A DNA stretch of 64,000 bases from Oopsacas minuta (taxonomy: Eukaryota; Animalia; Porifera). Positions 27,701 through 39,060 of the stretch are shown one piece after another. How positions within the stretch are numbered: position 1 is the first letter of the stretch; every line of letters begins with the position of its first letter. The position numbers and the translations under genes were made by a program. The stretch lies in the NCBI GenBank assembly GCA_024704765.1, contig JAKMXF010000305.1, forward strand, positions 408,778 through 472,777, written 5' to 3'. Below the pieces are notes generated by a model. It did no database searches. It saw nothing but the letters and a program-made list of their open reading frames with translations, and was not told the origin of the DNA.

Positions 27701-28519
27701 TCTGCTCTCCAAATACATCAACGCTCTGTTTAATTACCTATATAGTACAGTGCCATAAAACGTGTAGGAATACAACTTAAAAATTTGACACAACTTAACA
27801 TACTTAGACCTGTAAATCACGTTCCTTTTTGTCTTTATCAAGCCTTGGATATTTACTGGTGAGATCATTAAGACGGTCAGGGCAACCAGGAAGATATTTA
27901 GATATTGCACCTTTCTTCAGAGTAGCCTTTATTGATCATGTCTTCGTTTGACCATCAATGTCAAGATAAGTTTGCGTGTCAACTATATCATCAGAATCAA
28001 AGCGCTTTGCACAAACAAAAATGTTTTCATCGTGTGAAGATCTATCATATAATTACACATTTATGTAGTGATAAATTAAGCCTGAATCGTAGAAATATCA
28101 TTTAAATATATATCCAAGTTCTAAAGAAATACTTACCATCTTTATGGAGAAATCGTTTTCACTTATAGACGATATCTTGCGGCTCAGAAGGAATGTGAAT
28201 TACTGCAACACCACTATAATCATTGTAATATCCAGTAGTACATCTGGGAGCAGAACACGAGTTAGGCATCTGCAAAAGAAATAAATATACAATGAGCTAA
28301 TATAATAAAAGCAAAGTATGTTAAAATGATTAGAAATTGAATTTAGAATAACATAATTCACATTACAAATCTCAGGAAATTATTGATAAACCTGACAATA
28401 TCAGTTTTATTCAAAAAATATATATTTACATTATGGGTGTATACGAAAATCCCCCTCATCTTATCCCTGGTCCAAGCGCATTTAGCTAAGTGAAATGGCC
28501 TTATGTTTAGTAGGCTATG
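24747..28519 (-). mobile_element. P-element (THAP/THAP9-type) transposon
   Basis: TIR CATAGCCTA(T/C)TAAACATAAGG(T/C)CATTTCACT...TTGGACCAGGGATAAGAT at both ends. 7-bp TSD AATGTAA (24740-24746 / 28520-28526). Confidence 0.85.
25000..28269 (-). pseudogene. THAP-domain P-element transposase relic with a probable intron in the THAP domain
   Basis: MPNSCSAPRCTTGY...; VCAKRF...LKKGAISKYLPGCP; HVCLNIDEIHVK; LVFDFVHIIKSIKNNW. A GTAAG donor lies near 28137. The 3' limit is approximate. Confidence 0.75.
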
Positions 28520-30859
28520 AATGTAATAATAATAAAAATATTTTAGATTGAAGATAATTTTATATGTCATATTAGATACATATTCATACTATTTATAATA
28601 TTAATCATTTTGAATCTCATTATTTTGTTTTTTATGTACAAATTAGGTATTGCCGCTGCATGGCTTTTACGCCTATGGGGCCCCGAGGTGAAAGTTGTTA
28701 AGGGGCCCACAATTCCTGTCCAGGGACCTGTATCTAACTGAAATGCCATACAGTAGACCAATGTGATTTGGCAACTAAGTCCGCTGGATTAGATATTATA
28801 TCATCATTTCCTGCGGGCTTTGAAAAAGCCGGTAACTAAGCCTCTCAGAATGTACACTGGGCTCTATCTTCTCGGAAGGAATCCAACGTGAACGCATGGG
28901 CAATGGGCGGGATAATTCTACCTAATTTTACCCACCTGATGTGTAGTTCATCGCCCTGAATCTCTTTACAAGTGGACATGGCAGCATGAAAAGTCGCCTT
29001 TGTCGAACCCTCGCTAAACATTGCTGTCTCGATAAGCGACGTGCGACCTCCTCATGCTGTTTTCTCCCTGACCACATCTTAGAGAATCTTCTCTAAGGCC
29101 AGTATACACATATTCTTAACGATCAAGAAGTAATTTTTGGCTCTTGTATATCCAAGCAGCGCTACTGTTAGCATAATATTCTACGCCATTGTATTCTAAG
29201 CTATTGAATAATTAATCATAGAATGTGCCCCATATACTTAATGTCAAGAACAGTAAGAGTGGGCGCATTTGGGTGGGTATAGAAATTATTGAAAATGAAA
29301 TTTAGAAAGATATATTATGCGAAATTGTCAACTATTTAATGCTCAATTGTTTGCATTGTAAGATCGGGACCTAAATGGTAGGTCAAGGAGCTGAAATTAG
29401 GATAAAGTATACGGCTAAAAATGCTTGAGAATGAAAAATAAAGATTTAATTTGTTTTGCAAATGAGTTAAAATTAATCACATAATGCATACGAATACTGA
29501 TATATACAATAAATCGGCAGTGAGTTTTGTTATATCATTGAGGGTTTTCGACTTAAAAATGCATATTGGCAAATTATTAACAGTTATGGTCACTACTCAA
29601 TAACGTGCCAACTTTATCATGACAAATTCTTAACATAATTTACAAAAGCATCCTTAATTCATTATGTACATAAATTTTGAAATCAAAGATGTGATATTTG
29701 AAGTTCTACAGCTCATCAAAGATTTCGCCATATTCTCCATATAATGCTTACTAAACAAAGAAATTCGCACATTTTGATAAATTTTTTGCTTTGTTAGTTT
29801 GGAGACATGATATTCTACATATTTGTAATACATTTACTTAGTTACAAAAGTACTGTTTGTGCGATATGAAACCATTCTGTATGTTAATATATAATATTTA
29901 CTGTACACTACTACATCTCTAGCCCAAAGAATTCGAGGTCGATGGTAGGCCTTATATAAAGAAGGCTATGATCCAGCATATGCATTTCTCACTATGATAT
30001 GGCATTGTCACGTCCGGTCATTTTAGTAGCCCGTCCCTCTTGTGCTATAGACATTCCAGGCGCCTACAATCAAAACTGTAGATTTTAATTTTTTTTAATT
30101 CATCACCACAAAATTGGCTTGAAATGTGCATAGTATAGTAATATATATTTAGTTGAACAATTTATTCATCATATCTTCATCAATATCGTTCCTAGTTGAG
30201 ACGATATGGCGAATTTAGTGTTATGATGGCGTATTAGAACAAAACATATGGAATATATTTGGGTGTGACTACGCCTTTTTGCCAAAATTACGGCGGCGGG
30301 TGAGTTTTAGAACCTTGAAATTGTCATTTATGAATTCAGCTCCCAAAGGTGGTGTTAGAGACCAAATTTAGTAACTAAAAATACGGAATTGACCATATTT
30401 TTAGTCATATAATGTTCAGCCTATGCATTTTTGATTGTGCTTTGGCTTTGCCACGTCCGGCTATTCTATTAGTCCGTGATTGAAGTTAAATTTACCATTG
30501 ATAGTGCCTACAATTAATAATGCCACTTTACAAATACAACTAATAGAATAGGTTGTCAGCACAGATTGGAAATTAGCCAATTTTAATTGGAATACAGTGG
30601 AGTATCCGAACAACGGACGCGTTGGTCACATGGCTTTTGTCCGTTGTAGAGAATTGTCCGCTTCTCGGAGACTGGCCTATCTTTTTATCAAAACACCCAA
30701 TGTGTATCATTTTGAATGCAGTTTTACATGTATTAAAGTTGAATGGTTACGGGAGAATTAACAAGCTTTATTATGCTGTAAGGATGAATATAATATAGAG
30801 TGATGACGGATGAGTAACGTAAGCATATTACCATTGCTTTATACTATATATTATAATTT

Positions 30860-33808
30860 GGTAAGTAAATAAGTGAGGCAGATAACTTTATCTCTTGGTT
30901 GACCTTGCAGACAAGCTACATCATCTATTGTGGTGCCAATGCCCATAGCTACCTCGAAACATCCTCAACTTTCAAGGAATCATCCTACTTCTTTAAGTGA
31001 GTTTATTGCTTCTTTAAAACTTTGCACTTTCAGAGGAGAGTATTCGTCTTCCATTTCAATCTCTTAATCTGACTCATTTGTCTCATCTATTTCCAGGACA
31101 TCATGTCCAAGCTGTGCTAAAAAGTTATGGTCCCAGTTGTCGGTATCTAAATCTACATACACTGGAAGATCGTCGTCCCCATGCAAGTACTCGTCTAGAG
31201 TACAATTTTCTTGAGCAGTCGTTGTTTTGCAAATGAGGCTCTGCAGCAAAAGTAAATCAGAACCCCAGAATGTATCTTCGTCATTTTCCTCAAGTCCACG
31301 GTGTATAACTTTCATTGCACTGTCCAAGACTTCAGCCTTTCTAAAACATTCGGAAATGGTTTCTGTTCTTATCAGGGCGTTCAATAAGTCTTGCGGGTCA
31401 TGATATATCTTAGGAATTAGTCAAGTAATATATCTAGCTTTCATATATTATAAGCCCATATAGTTAAACTCCATATACTGAAAGTTTCAAGCTTATTCAA
31501 TACAAATTATGAATTTTTGTGATAGTTACGTGTAGTCAATTTATGCCCACTGTTCAATTTATGGCTTCAAAGGATGATAATTTCAACCTCAAATGGCGAG
31601 CTTACATAGAGTTTCGCACAATACTCAAGATCCAGCCCGTACAGATCTTCAGCGAGTTACAGGAGATATTGTGCGTGGATTGCCCTTCCAGATCTACTGT
31701 AGAGCGATGGGCTGCCAGTTTTAGATCTGGTGATGCTGATACCACAGATTTGCCTCGATGTGGAAGATCCGTATCCTGCCATCGCTTCAGAGAATATCGC
31801 ACTCATTGAAAGTATGGTCTTGAGAGACAAGTGCATTACTGTCAATCAGTTAGAATAAAGTATGGAGATTTCATCTGGAGTTACTCATACAATTCTGACA
31901 ACTGAGCTTGGCTACCGATCGATTTGTGGGAAATGGGTCCCGCATAAGCTCAGTGAGAATCAAAGGTTGGCACGACTGAATATTGCCAAGAAACTCTTGG
32001 AAACTTATGAGAACTGCGATACTAGAGGCCTAACAGAGATTATTACTGGTGACTAGACGTGGGTGTACTATTCAACATCATATAGCAAGTATAAGAAGCG
32101 ATCATGAGTGAGGGGCGACCAACAACCGGCCAAAATTCCTAGGCCTGACTTCAGAAAACCTAAGATTATGTATACTATCTTCTTCAGTAGTCATGGAATT
32201 GTCTTCCAATTACCTTGTGAGAGTGGCAAGGCTGTTACTGCTACTTTCTTTACAGAACAAGTGCTTCCAAATTTGATAAAAAATATAGAAAAATACCGCC
32301 CGAAAACCGGAACTCGAGGAATGAAGATTGTAATTGATAGCACCAGTTCCCATACAGCTAAGCTTTCCAAAGATTTCTTGGATATAGAAGGGTTAGAATT
32401 ACTTCCCCATCCACCATACTCACCAGACCTAGCTCCGTGCGATTTTTGGCTATTCCCCAAGCTTAAAATCTACCTTCAAGGCAAAGATTTTAACACATTA
32501 CAAGTACTCGGAACGGGCCTGTACCAGTACTTCAAATTCATCCCCGAAGGAGAGTACAGAAATGTGTTTTACAAGTGGGTGGACAGGTTAAAACTTTGTG
32601 TATCTGCAGGAGGGGATTACTTTGAATAAATAATGTAGAGAATTAGTGTGTATAGTGTTTGTATCATATTCTATGATATCACCCGCAAGACTTATTGAAC
32701 GCCCTAGTACCATTTACCAAGCCTTGGTATCCACCTTATTGTACAAGTATATTTACAGACTTCACCACATCAGAGGCAGTTTCGTATTCATCTATCTTTG
32801 AAAGAATGCAAGTTATAAACAAATGACGATAGCGAACTTTTAACTTCTGAATTATGCCAAGGTCGAGAGGCTGAAGTTTAGCAGTAGTATTGGCTGGTAG
32901 AAATACAACATTTAGATTGCTGAATTTTGCGCTTAAACTCTCTGGGTAACAGCCTGAATTATCCATCAATAGAATGATACAGCAATTGTTACATGACAAT
33001 TTGTGATTTAATTTCGTTAGAGTAGATTCCAGTATCTCCCCAGTCATCCAGGCTTTCTTCTGACTAAAATAATGAACTGGCAAAAGTGATTTATCAAACC
33101 CTTTAAAGCATCGTGGATTTTCGAATTTCCAGATTACCACGAGACTTTCTTTTGTACCTACTGCGGTAACAAAAAATGCTAAATTTATCCTTTGCTTACC
33201 TTTTTGCCTCCTTTACACTGATTCCCATTTGGCAAAACCCACGATCAGGTAAAGCTTGCCAAATAACACCTGTTTCGCCCATATTCCATATGTTCTCTTT
33301 TGGATAATCTTGAATTATTTCAGGTAGCCTCTCTTTCCATGAATCAACTGTCTGACCATGTATATCTCCTGATTCTCCACAAATTGTAAACTGTTTGATA
33401 TTGTACTTTCCTTTCCACTTAGCCAACCAACCAGTTGAACCTATAAAATTGGATTTTCCAAGACATGCAGCGATGTTTTTGCCTCTTCTGTTTGTCGTGG
33501 GCAACCAGGATAGATATTTTTTGGGCAAGCAAGAGTGTACACTCATATAGGGCTATGTTAACTTTAACATAGTCTGATTTATGAGGTTTCTTGCTGGTGA
33601 GAGCTCTATTCTCTGAAGCATTAGATTCGACCGCAGCTAGCAAATACCCTTTATTCTTAGGTATATGTGCAATTTGAATTCATGCTAGAGCTCTAATACT
33701 AATGCCTGGATTCTTCTGAAGTGTCTTGATTACTTCTTTTTTTTTCTTCAATTCCAGGTAGCTTTTCTTGGTGGATGCTTTGGCAGTATGAGCTGAAATC
33801 GCAGCCAT
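30860..33808 (-). pseudogene. Tigger/CENP-B-like transposase, split by a mariner insertion
   Basis: N-terminal HTH (YLELKKKKEVIKTLQKNPGISIRALA), STGWLAKWK, IWNMGETG, KKAWMT, LLMDNSGC, FLPANTTAKLQPLDLGII. The reading AW*MV|RTETISECFRKA continues across the TA-duplicated mariner. Confidence 0.85.
31372..32707 (+). mobile_element. mariner (DD34D) element with decayed transposase (about 31561-32629)
   Basis: 25-bp TIR core AGGGCGTTCAATAAGTCTTGCGGGT, TA TSD, and motifs WVPHKL, IITGD*TW, HPPYSPDLAPCDFWLFPKLK. Confidence 0.92.
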
Positions 33809-35365
33809 AAGTTAACTTCATTATAGGAATTAAACCACAAGTTTATTCACTAGAAATAATTGCGTATTCGACAAAACTTATTTACATAATCTATTAAGTT
33901 TTATCACCTCATCATTTTTAAGGTCAGGTAATAAACTCATTATGCAGGTAAGATAGACTACTAGTACAACATACAAGTATATCTGTGTCATTTATATTAA
34001 CTTCTACTATGTGGCACAGTGTGCCAAAATCGCCATAATGGCGTATTAGGGTAACTATCACAACGAGGCATGTTCTATGTGGTCTATATAGTAAATCGAC
34101 ACCGTAAATTTCAAAAATTTCATTTAAATTTTCCGTAGTATTACCACTGTTGGGAATATGACGTCATTTCGGTGATTTCATTATTTTTAACATTCATGGT
34201 TCAATAATATTATTTGTTATTTCTATTATTGAATTAATAGTATAAAGTCAAGTTTCTTATTAGAAGGATTATAGGATATATATATAAATAACTAGCTATT
34301 ATATAATAATGAACCAGGGGTGTAGTTTTTCCCTTTAATACATATTTGAGGGGATTATAGCTTGTGAATAAACTGTTACTAAATATATAAACTCCATCTC
34401 TAATATTCTTTAATTAATTATCATTCTCCAACACTATGCTATTATATAATTTATCTTGGGGGCTATTTGGGTCATTTGCACTAGAATTCCTAGTTTTGGT
34501 GGATGTAAAACGATTCTACACTAATAGGGGATCACTATAACACAGAAGGCGAACTGGAATATCTCGTACATTGTCAGAGAATGATGTTTTTCTGGCAAGA
34601 TTTTCTCGATACCGCCTCACGAACTTATTACAAGCTTCTAAACATTCCTCTGATAGATTCTGTAATCCCCTGCCATTATTATATTCTCCAATAATCTTGA
34701 AAGAATGGGAAAGTAGCTTGTGTAAAGAGGGGGTGATGTTACGAGTGTGAAGTTGGCTGAAGATTCGAACAGCAATACTTCAATCGTTAATTTGACCAAC
34801 TTCCCATAGTCAGAATGTAAATATTTTTAGGCCATTCGAAAGAAGAGATACGGACGTTTCTGAAAATATATTTATACTTTATAAACTTTAATATTTTCTA
34901 ATAGAAATTGGTGTATCTAACCAGCAGTAGTTCACATATGAATTTAGTATACTTAAACAAATTATTTTTTCTAAAATCATGGGCATGTATTCCTGCTGTA
35001 TGGACGTTTATGTGTTTAAAATATTATGGTAAAATAAGCAAAACTTTTTGAGATATTTACATTTGAAAACTGGCTTGTTAGAATCGAGTCTCTATTAGAT
35101 TTGTACTAAGCACACAAATTTAATGAAACATTCTAATCCATTCTAACTATAGTAACGCATATAGATTACTGCAATATCAACTGTTTGATGTAATACGAAA
35201 TGATTTGTGAATCTAAATATAGTTTTATTTATTGGTGAATTGATATTCCGTTCAATAAATACGAAAACATTGATCAAAATTCGCAGAATACATCAGATTA
35301 TAAGATTATATGATCCTTGCATAGTCTTGATTTGTTGTGTTACGAGTTGACCTTCCTTGTTGTAC

Positions 35366-35830
35366 CTATACTATAATCTTGTCTAAAATTTTTAAAACAG
35401 GTTCATAGTGATTACCTGTATGTACAATATATATTGATCCATTAGCATTAGCGGGAGGCGAATTCAATACCTCATCAAATGAAGAGCCTTTGCCGGAGAA
35501 CACATTCCAACTATTTCCAGTCTCTTTCATAAACACCCATATGTCAGTCTTAAATATAAGCGCTACTGTAAATAGCTCCAAATCTCCACCCCATACTCCT
35601 TGCCTTTAATGTTTGTTTTATTTATATAATCTATTGTGTCCTATAAGTATTTGGGTATTTGTTAGTAATAAATTTTCCACATTTTTCTTTTAGCGAACTT
35701 GACATACTGTCTACAATGCATTTACGTATTATATGAGAATTATCTGGCGGACCTGACACGGAATATACTAAGGAAGAAAATAAGCAGTTCCCATCTCCAG
35801 GAATATACTGAGCTCTGCTAGGTATATAAT
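35366..35830 (-). pseudogene. OTU-family cysteine protease domain at the C-terminus of the Mutator transposase
   Basis: IPGDGNCLFSSL Cys box, VWGGDLEL..A motif, and YIVHTGNHYEPV His box. One frameshift near 35600. Confidence 0.8.
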
Positions 35831-35899
35831 AATTTAACGGCCTGTTCATTTGACTATTAATATTAATTATTCCTAGACTTACCCTGACATTAAGCAACG

Positions 35900-38800
35900 T
35901 TTACAAATATCTAACTTTCCTGTGTGAGAGATGGGATTAGAACTTGGAAGATCATAATTTAAAACGCACAATTCTATTAGATCCAAATCTGTTATAATTT
36001 CAACGTTATTAACTGAGAGGACAACATCTGGGCTCGTGTTTCTTACAGAATCTTGGATCAATATTCCTTTTTTTGTGTGGAATTACAAAATCAGAATTTT
36101 TCTCTTATTATTAACTTTCCCTCCCGTTTTATTTACATTTAATAATGCTTCAAAAACTTTATCTACCCTACTTAGATTAGGATTGATGTAACTCTGTTGG
36201 CATTTACTTCTGCGACACCATTTTTCTTTGGAATTTTCTTCATTTTGTATTTCTAATTTCCCTTTCCTACTTTTAAATATGTTGGTAGCCAAAGGATGAA
36301 ATCCAAAATTAAATGCATCAATTCTGTCATTCACATATTCATACATTGTACGTATAAAATCGCCAGCTCTTAGATTTACCTTCTTTTCTAAAATTGGATG
36401 TTTGACTTTTCTGAACCAATTTTCTGCATTTGCATTACTAGCCTTACACAGGTTTTCATTGCTCCTAGACAGTATAATTCCAGTCCAAAGAGTTACAATT
36501 GGCATATAATATGTCAGCAGATATTCTAAAACTTCCAGGGAATAACATGGATTTGATCGATTGCCTTTGTGAATTACATGATCTGTGCAATTATTTTTTC
36601 TCAGAGTATCGAAATGTCTACCAAATGGTGATTTACAACGATAAGTGGTAGGATTCTCTTTCGTATTAAAATCAAGTTCAAATTTTCCTTCGTTTTCTAA
36701 CTGTAATTCTATTTTACCCTTCACTAAATCGTTTAACTCTACTAAACTTGAACTGACAATTTCGGTTGAATGCTCAACAGATAAAACATTACACAGTAAT
36801 ATGAAAAGTTGATTTATTTCTCTCATCGTAATACTTCTCAAAATTGCAGCAAAGACATACAGGATTAGTTGTTTTAGAGTTTTATCGATTTTGAATGTTT
36901 TTGACAAGTTCTGACTCAACTTATGCATTACGTGAGCAGAACATACATGAATTACAGTGAAGACATCCACATCAACCGATCATTCGTCTGAATTTACATT
37001 TCTCCAGCAACTTTCTAAATACCTAAAATATTATTTTATTAAATGCGATACATGTGCTATGAATCAATGCCCAACTGTAATCTATTTCCACTCTTGTTAT
37101 GAATATTTCTTTGTGTAGAATTAACTTTGAATTCAAGTACCATTTGTTAAGGAAGTGGGTTATCTTAGCAGTTCCTTGGTCCGAACTTATCATTTCTGCT
37201 ACAGGGATAGGTGTAATGTGGTAGTCGGGATGTTGTAGAGTTAAAGCATAATAATAAATAGAATTGGTGCAAAACTGAGGTTTACGTATAATGGAACCTG
37301 TAGCATCCAAATGCAAAACTATATCTTTAGTTAAATATTTCACACCTCTATCTGCCTCTTCATATATAGATGCATAATGAAATATCTGTAATTAGATCAT
37401 TAGAAAATCTATTAGATGATATAGCTTCAGTTTTTATCTGTCTTAAGCATTCTTGAGACCTCAGGTTAGAAAAATTACCTCTACAATATTCCATTGAGCT
37501 GCTTTGACAGTTGAACTGTTTATGAAAAATATTTGTGACAGATGTGTGCTGAAGACTTTCTCCATAAATTTTTCGCAAACTACCAGATATATGACGTGCA
37601 TGTACAGTCTCTCCATCAGAATGTTGCAAGGAGAGTGAACCTCTTACTACATATTGTATTGTGATTGTATTCGTAGTTACAAGCTCGTCAACACAAAACT
37701 CAAATTTGTAACATTATAAAACTTGCATTCAGCAGATGCTCGAAAGTAGGGCGCATTTATTTTTCGGCTGGAAGACTTTTAAACCAATAATTGTTAAATT
37801 AAGAACACATGCTGGATATATTTTAGATATTTTATTGCTAAACACAGCTGTCCAATCTCTATTCAACATATCTCTACCTTGTAAATCGATAAAATGAATA
37901 CTATCCCATTCACCAATCTCAAGAAGAAATTCTCCATTGACGTTTGACTCTGTTGTCATAAGAAATACATCAGATTTATCAGATAATGGGGCTATTTGGG
38001 CATTAACTGTATTTGAGATAATATTGTTGCATTTGATAGGATCTTCACCTTCAAAATCCTCATCAACTGGAAGATGAGGAGTATTTTTCAGAGCCAGGCG
38101 TTGGTGACAATCCGGGGAAATTTCTATTCCTCATATCCTAGCATTAATGCAATTAGTATTGAGAACTTTAATGCCTCAATACCAATACAGGAAAACTGGT
38201 CTTGCAATTTGACTACCCAATGAAGAAAATATCCTCATTTGATCTTTGGTCAGAAGCAAGTACTTATTCTCAAACAAAATAGTTGATTTACAATCAATTT
38301 TATGTAGAACTATCCACATTAGCAACATGGCTGTCTGCTCAATGACTTGATGTTCATACTGACTTATTGGAAAATTGTTTACGAATGAACTACACTGTAC
38401 AAATTCAATGCTTTCAAATTCCCAAAAACATTCTTAAGAATTTGGACTCCGAAAACGGTAAAAGTTACAACCATCAATCCACAACTGAGCCTGGTGATTT
38501 TTGTAATAATTATATTCGACTAAACTACTACTATCATTACATCCGCAAAGGTCGATACTGTATTGCTCATCTCCCAAATCATAGTAATGAGATGGGTCTG
38601 ATGCAGCTGAAGACCAAATTACCATTAGCCTATCATCTGACAAATCCTGTTCAATTGACTCCCAACATATTCCTTCATGATTATCATGAAAAGAAGACGC
38701 AGATTTCAGGCAAAGGACAATATCTCGATAAATTGTGGCAGTTTGAAGAGATGGCAAATCCACTATTGAGAAAGAGTCGAGACTATAACTCACAATCAAT

Positions 38801-39060
38801 GATTTGGTTGTACTTTGTGGAGGTGGTGGACATAGAGAAAGCGATTTATACGGTATGAAATCTATAGATGGCTGAGGCGAGACTGATAGATCGATTATTC
38901 GCTCGAATAACACACGTATATTGTGTGAATTATTTTTCCATTTCAAATAAATAGATTTTCGTTGAGTCGGATTATTTCAGCCATGTAATGTTTTACAAAT
39001 AATGCCCCAAATAGAATCACTAACGCTAGGACCAACAGAACGTGAACTCGCAACCTCTTT
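35900..39060 (-). pseudogene. NOF-like Mutator transposase relic
   Basis: IVLHLDATGS, PIPVAEMISS, EIDYSWALIHS..AFN, VCSAHVMH, SNANAENWFRKVK resemble the NOF-type MULE DDE core. N-terminal DWTAVF/CKFDDC region is present. Frameshifted; limits approximate. Confidence 0.75.

Larger units (their letters stand above)
21996..28730 (+). mobile_element. hAT element (ZMYM1-like transposase), about 2.95 kb when empty, containing a nested P element
   Basis: TIR CAGGGCCCTGGA (21996) / reverse complement CAGGTCCCTGGA (ends 28730). 8-bp TSD TATATAAC / TATCTAAC. Confidence 0.85.
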
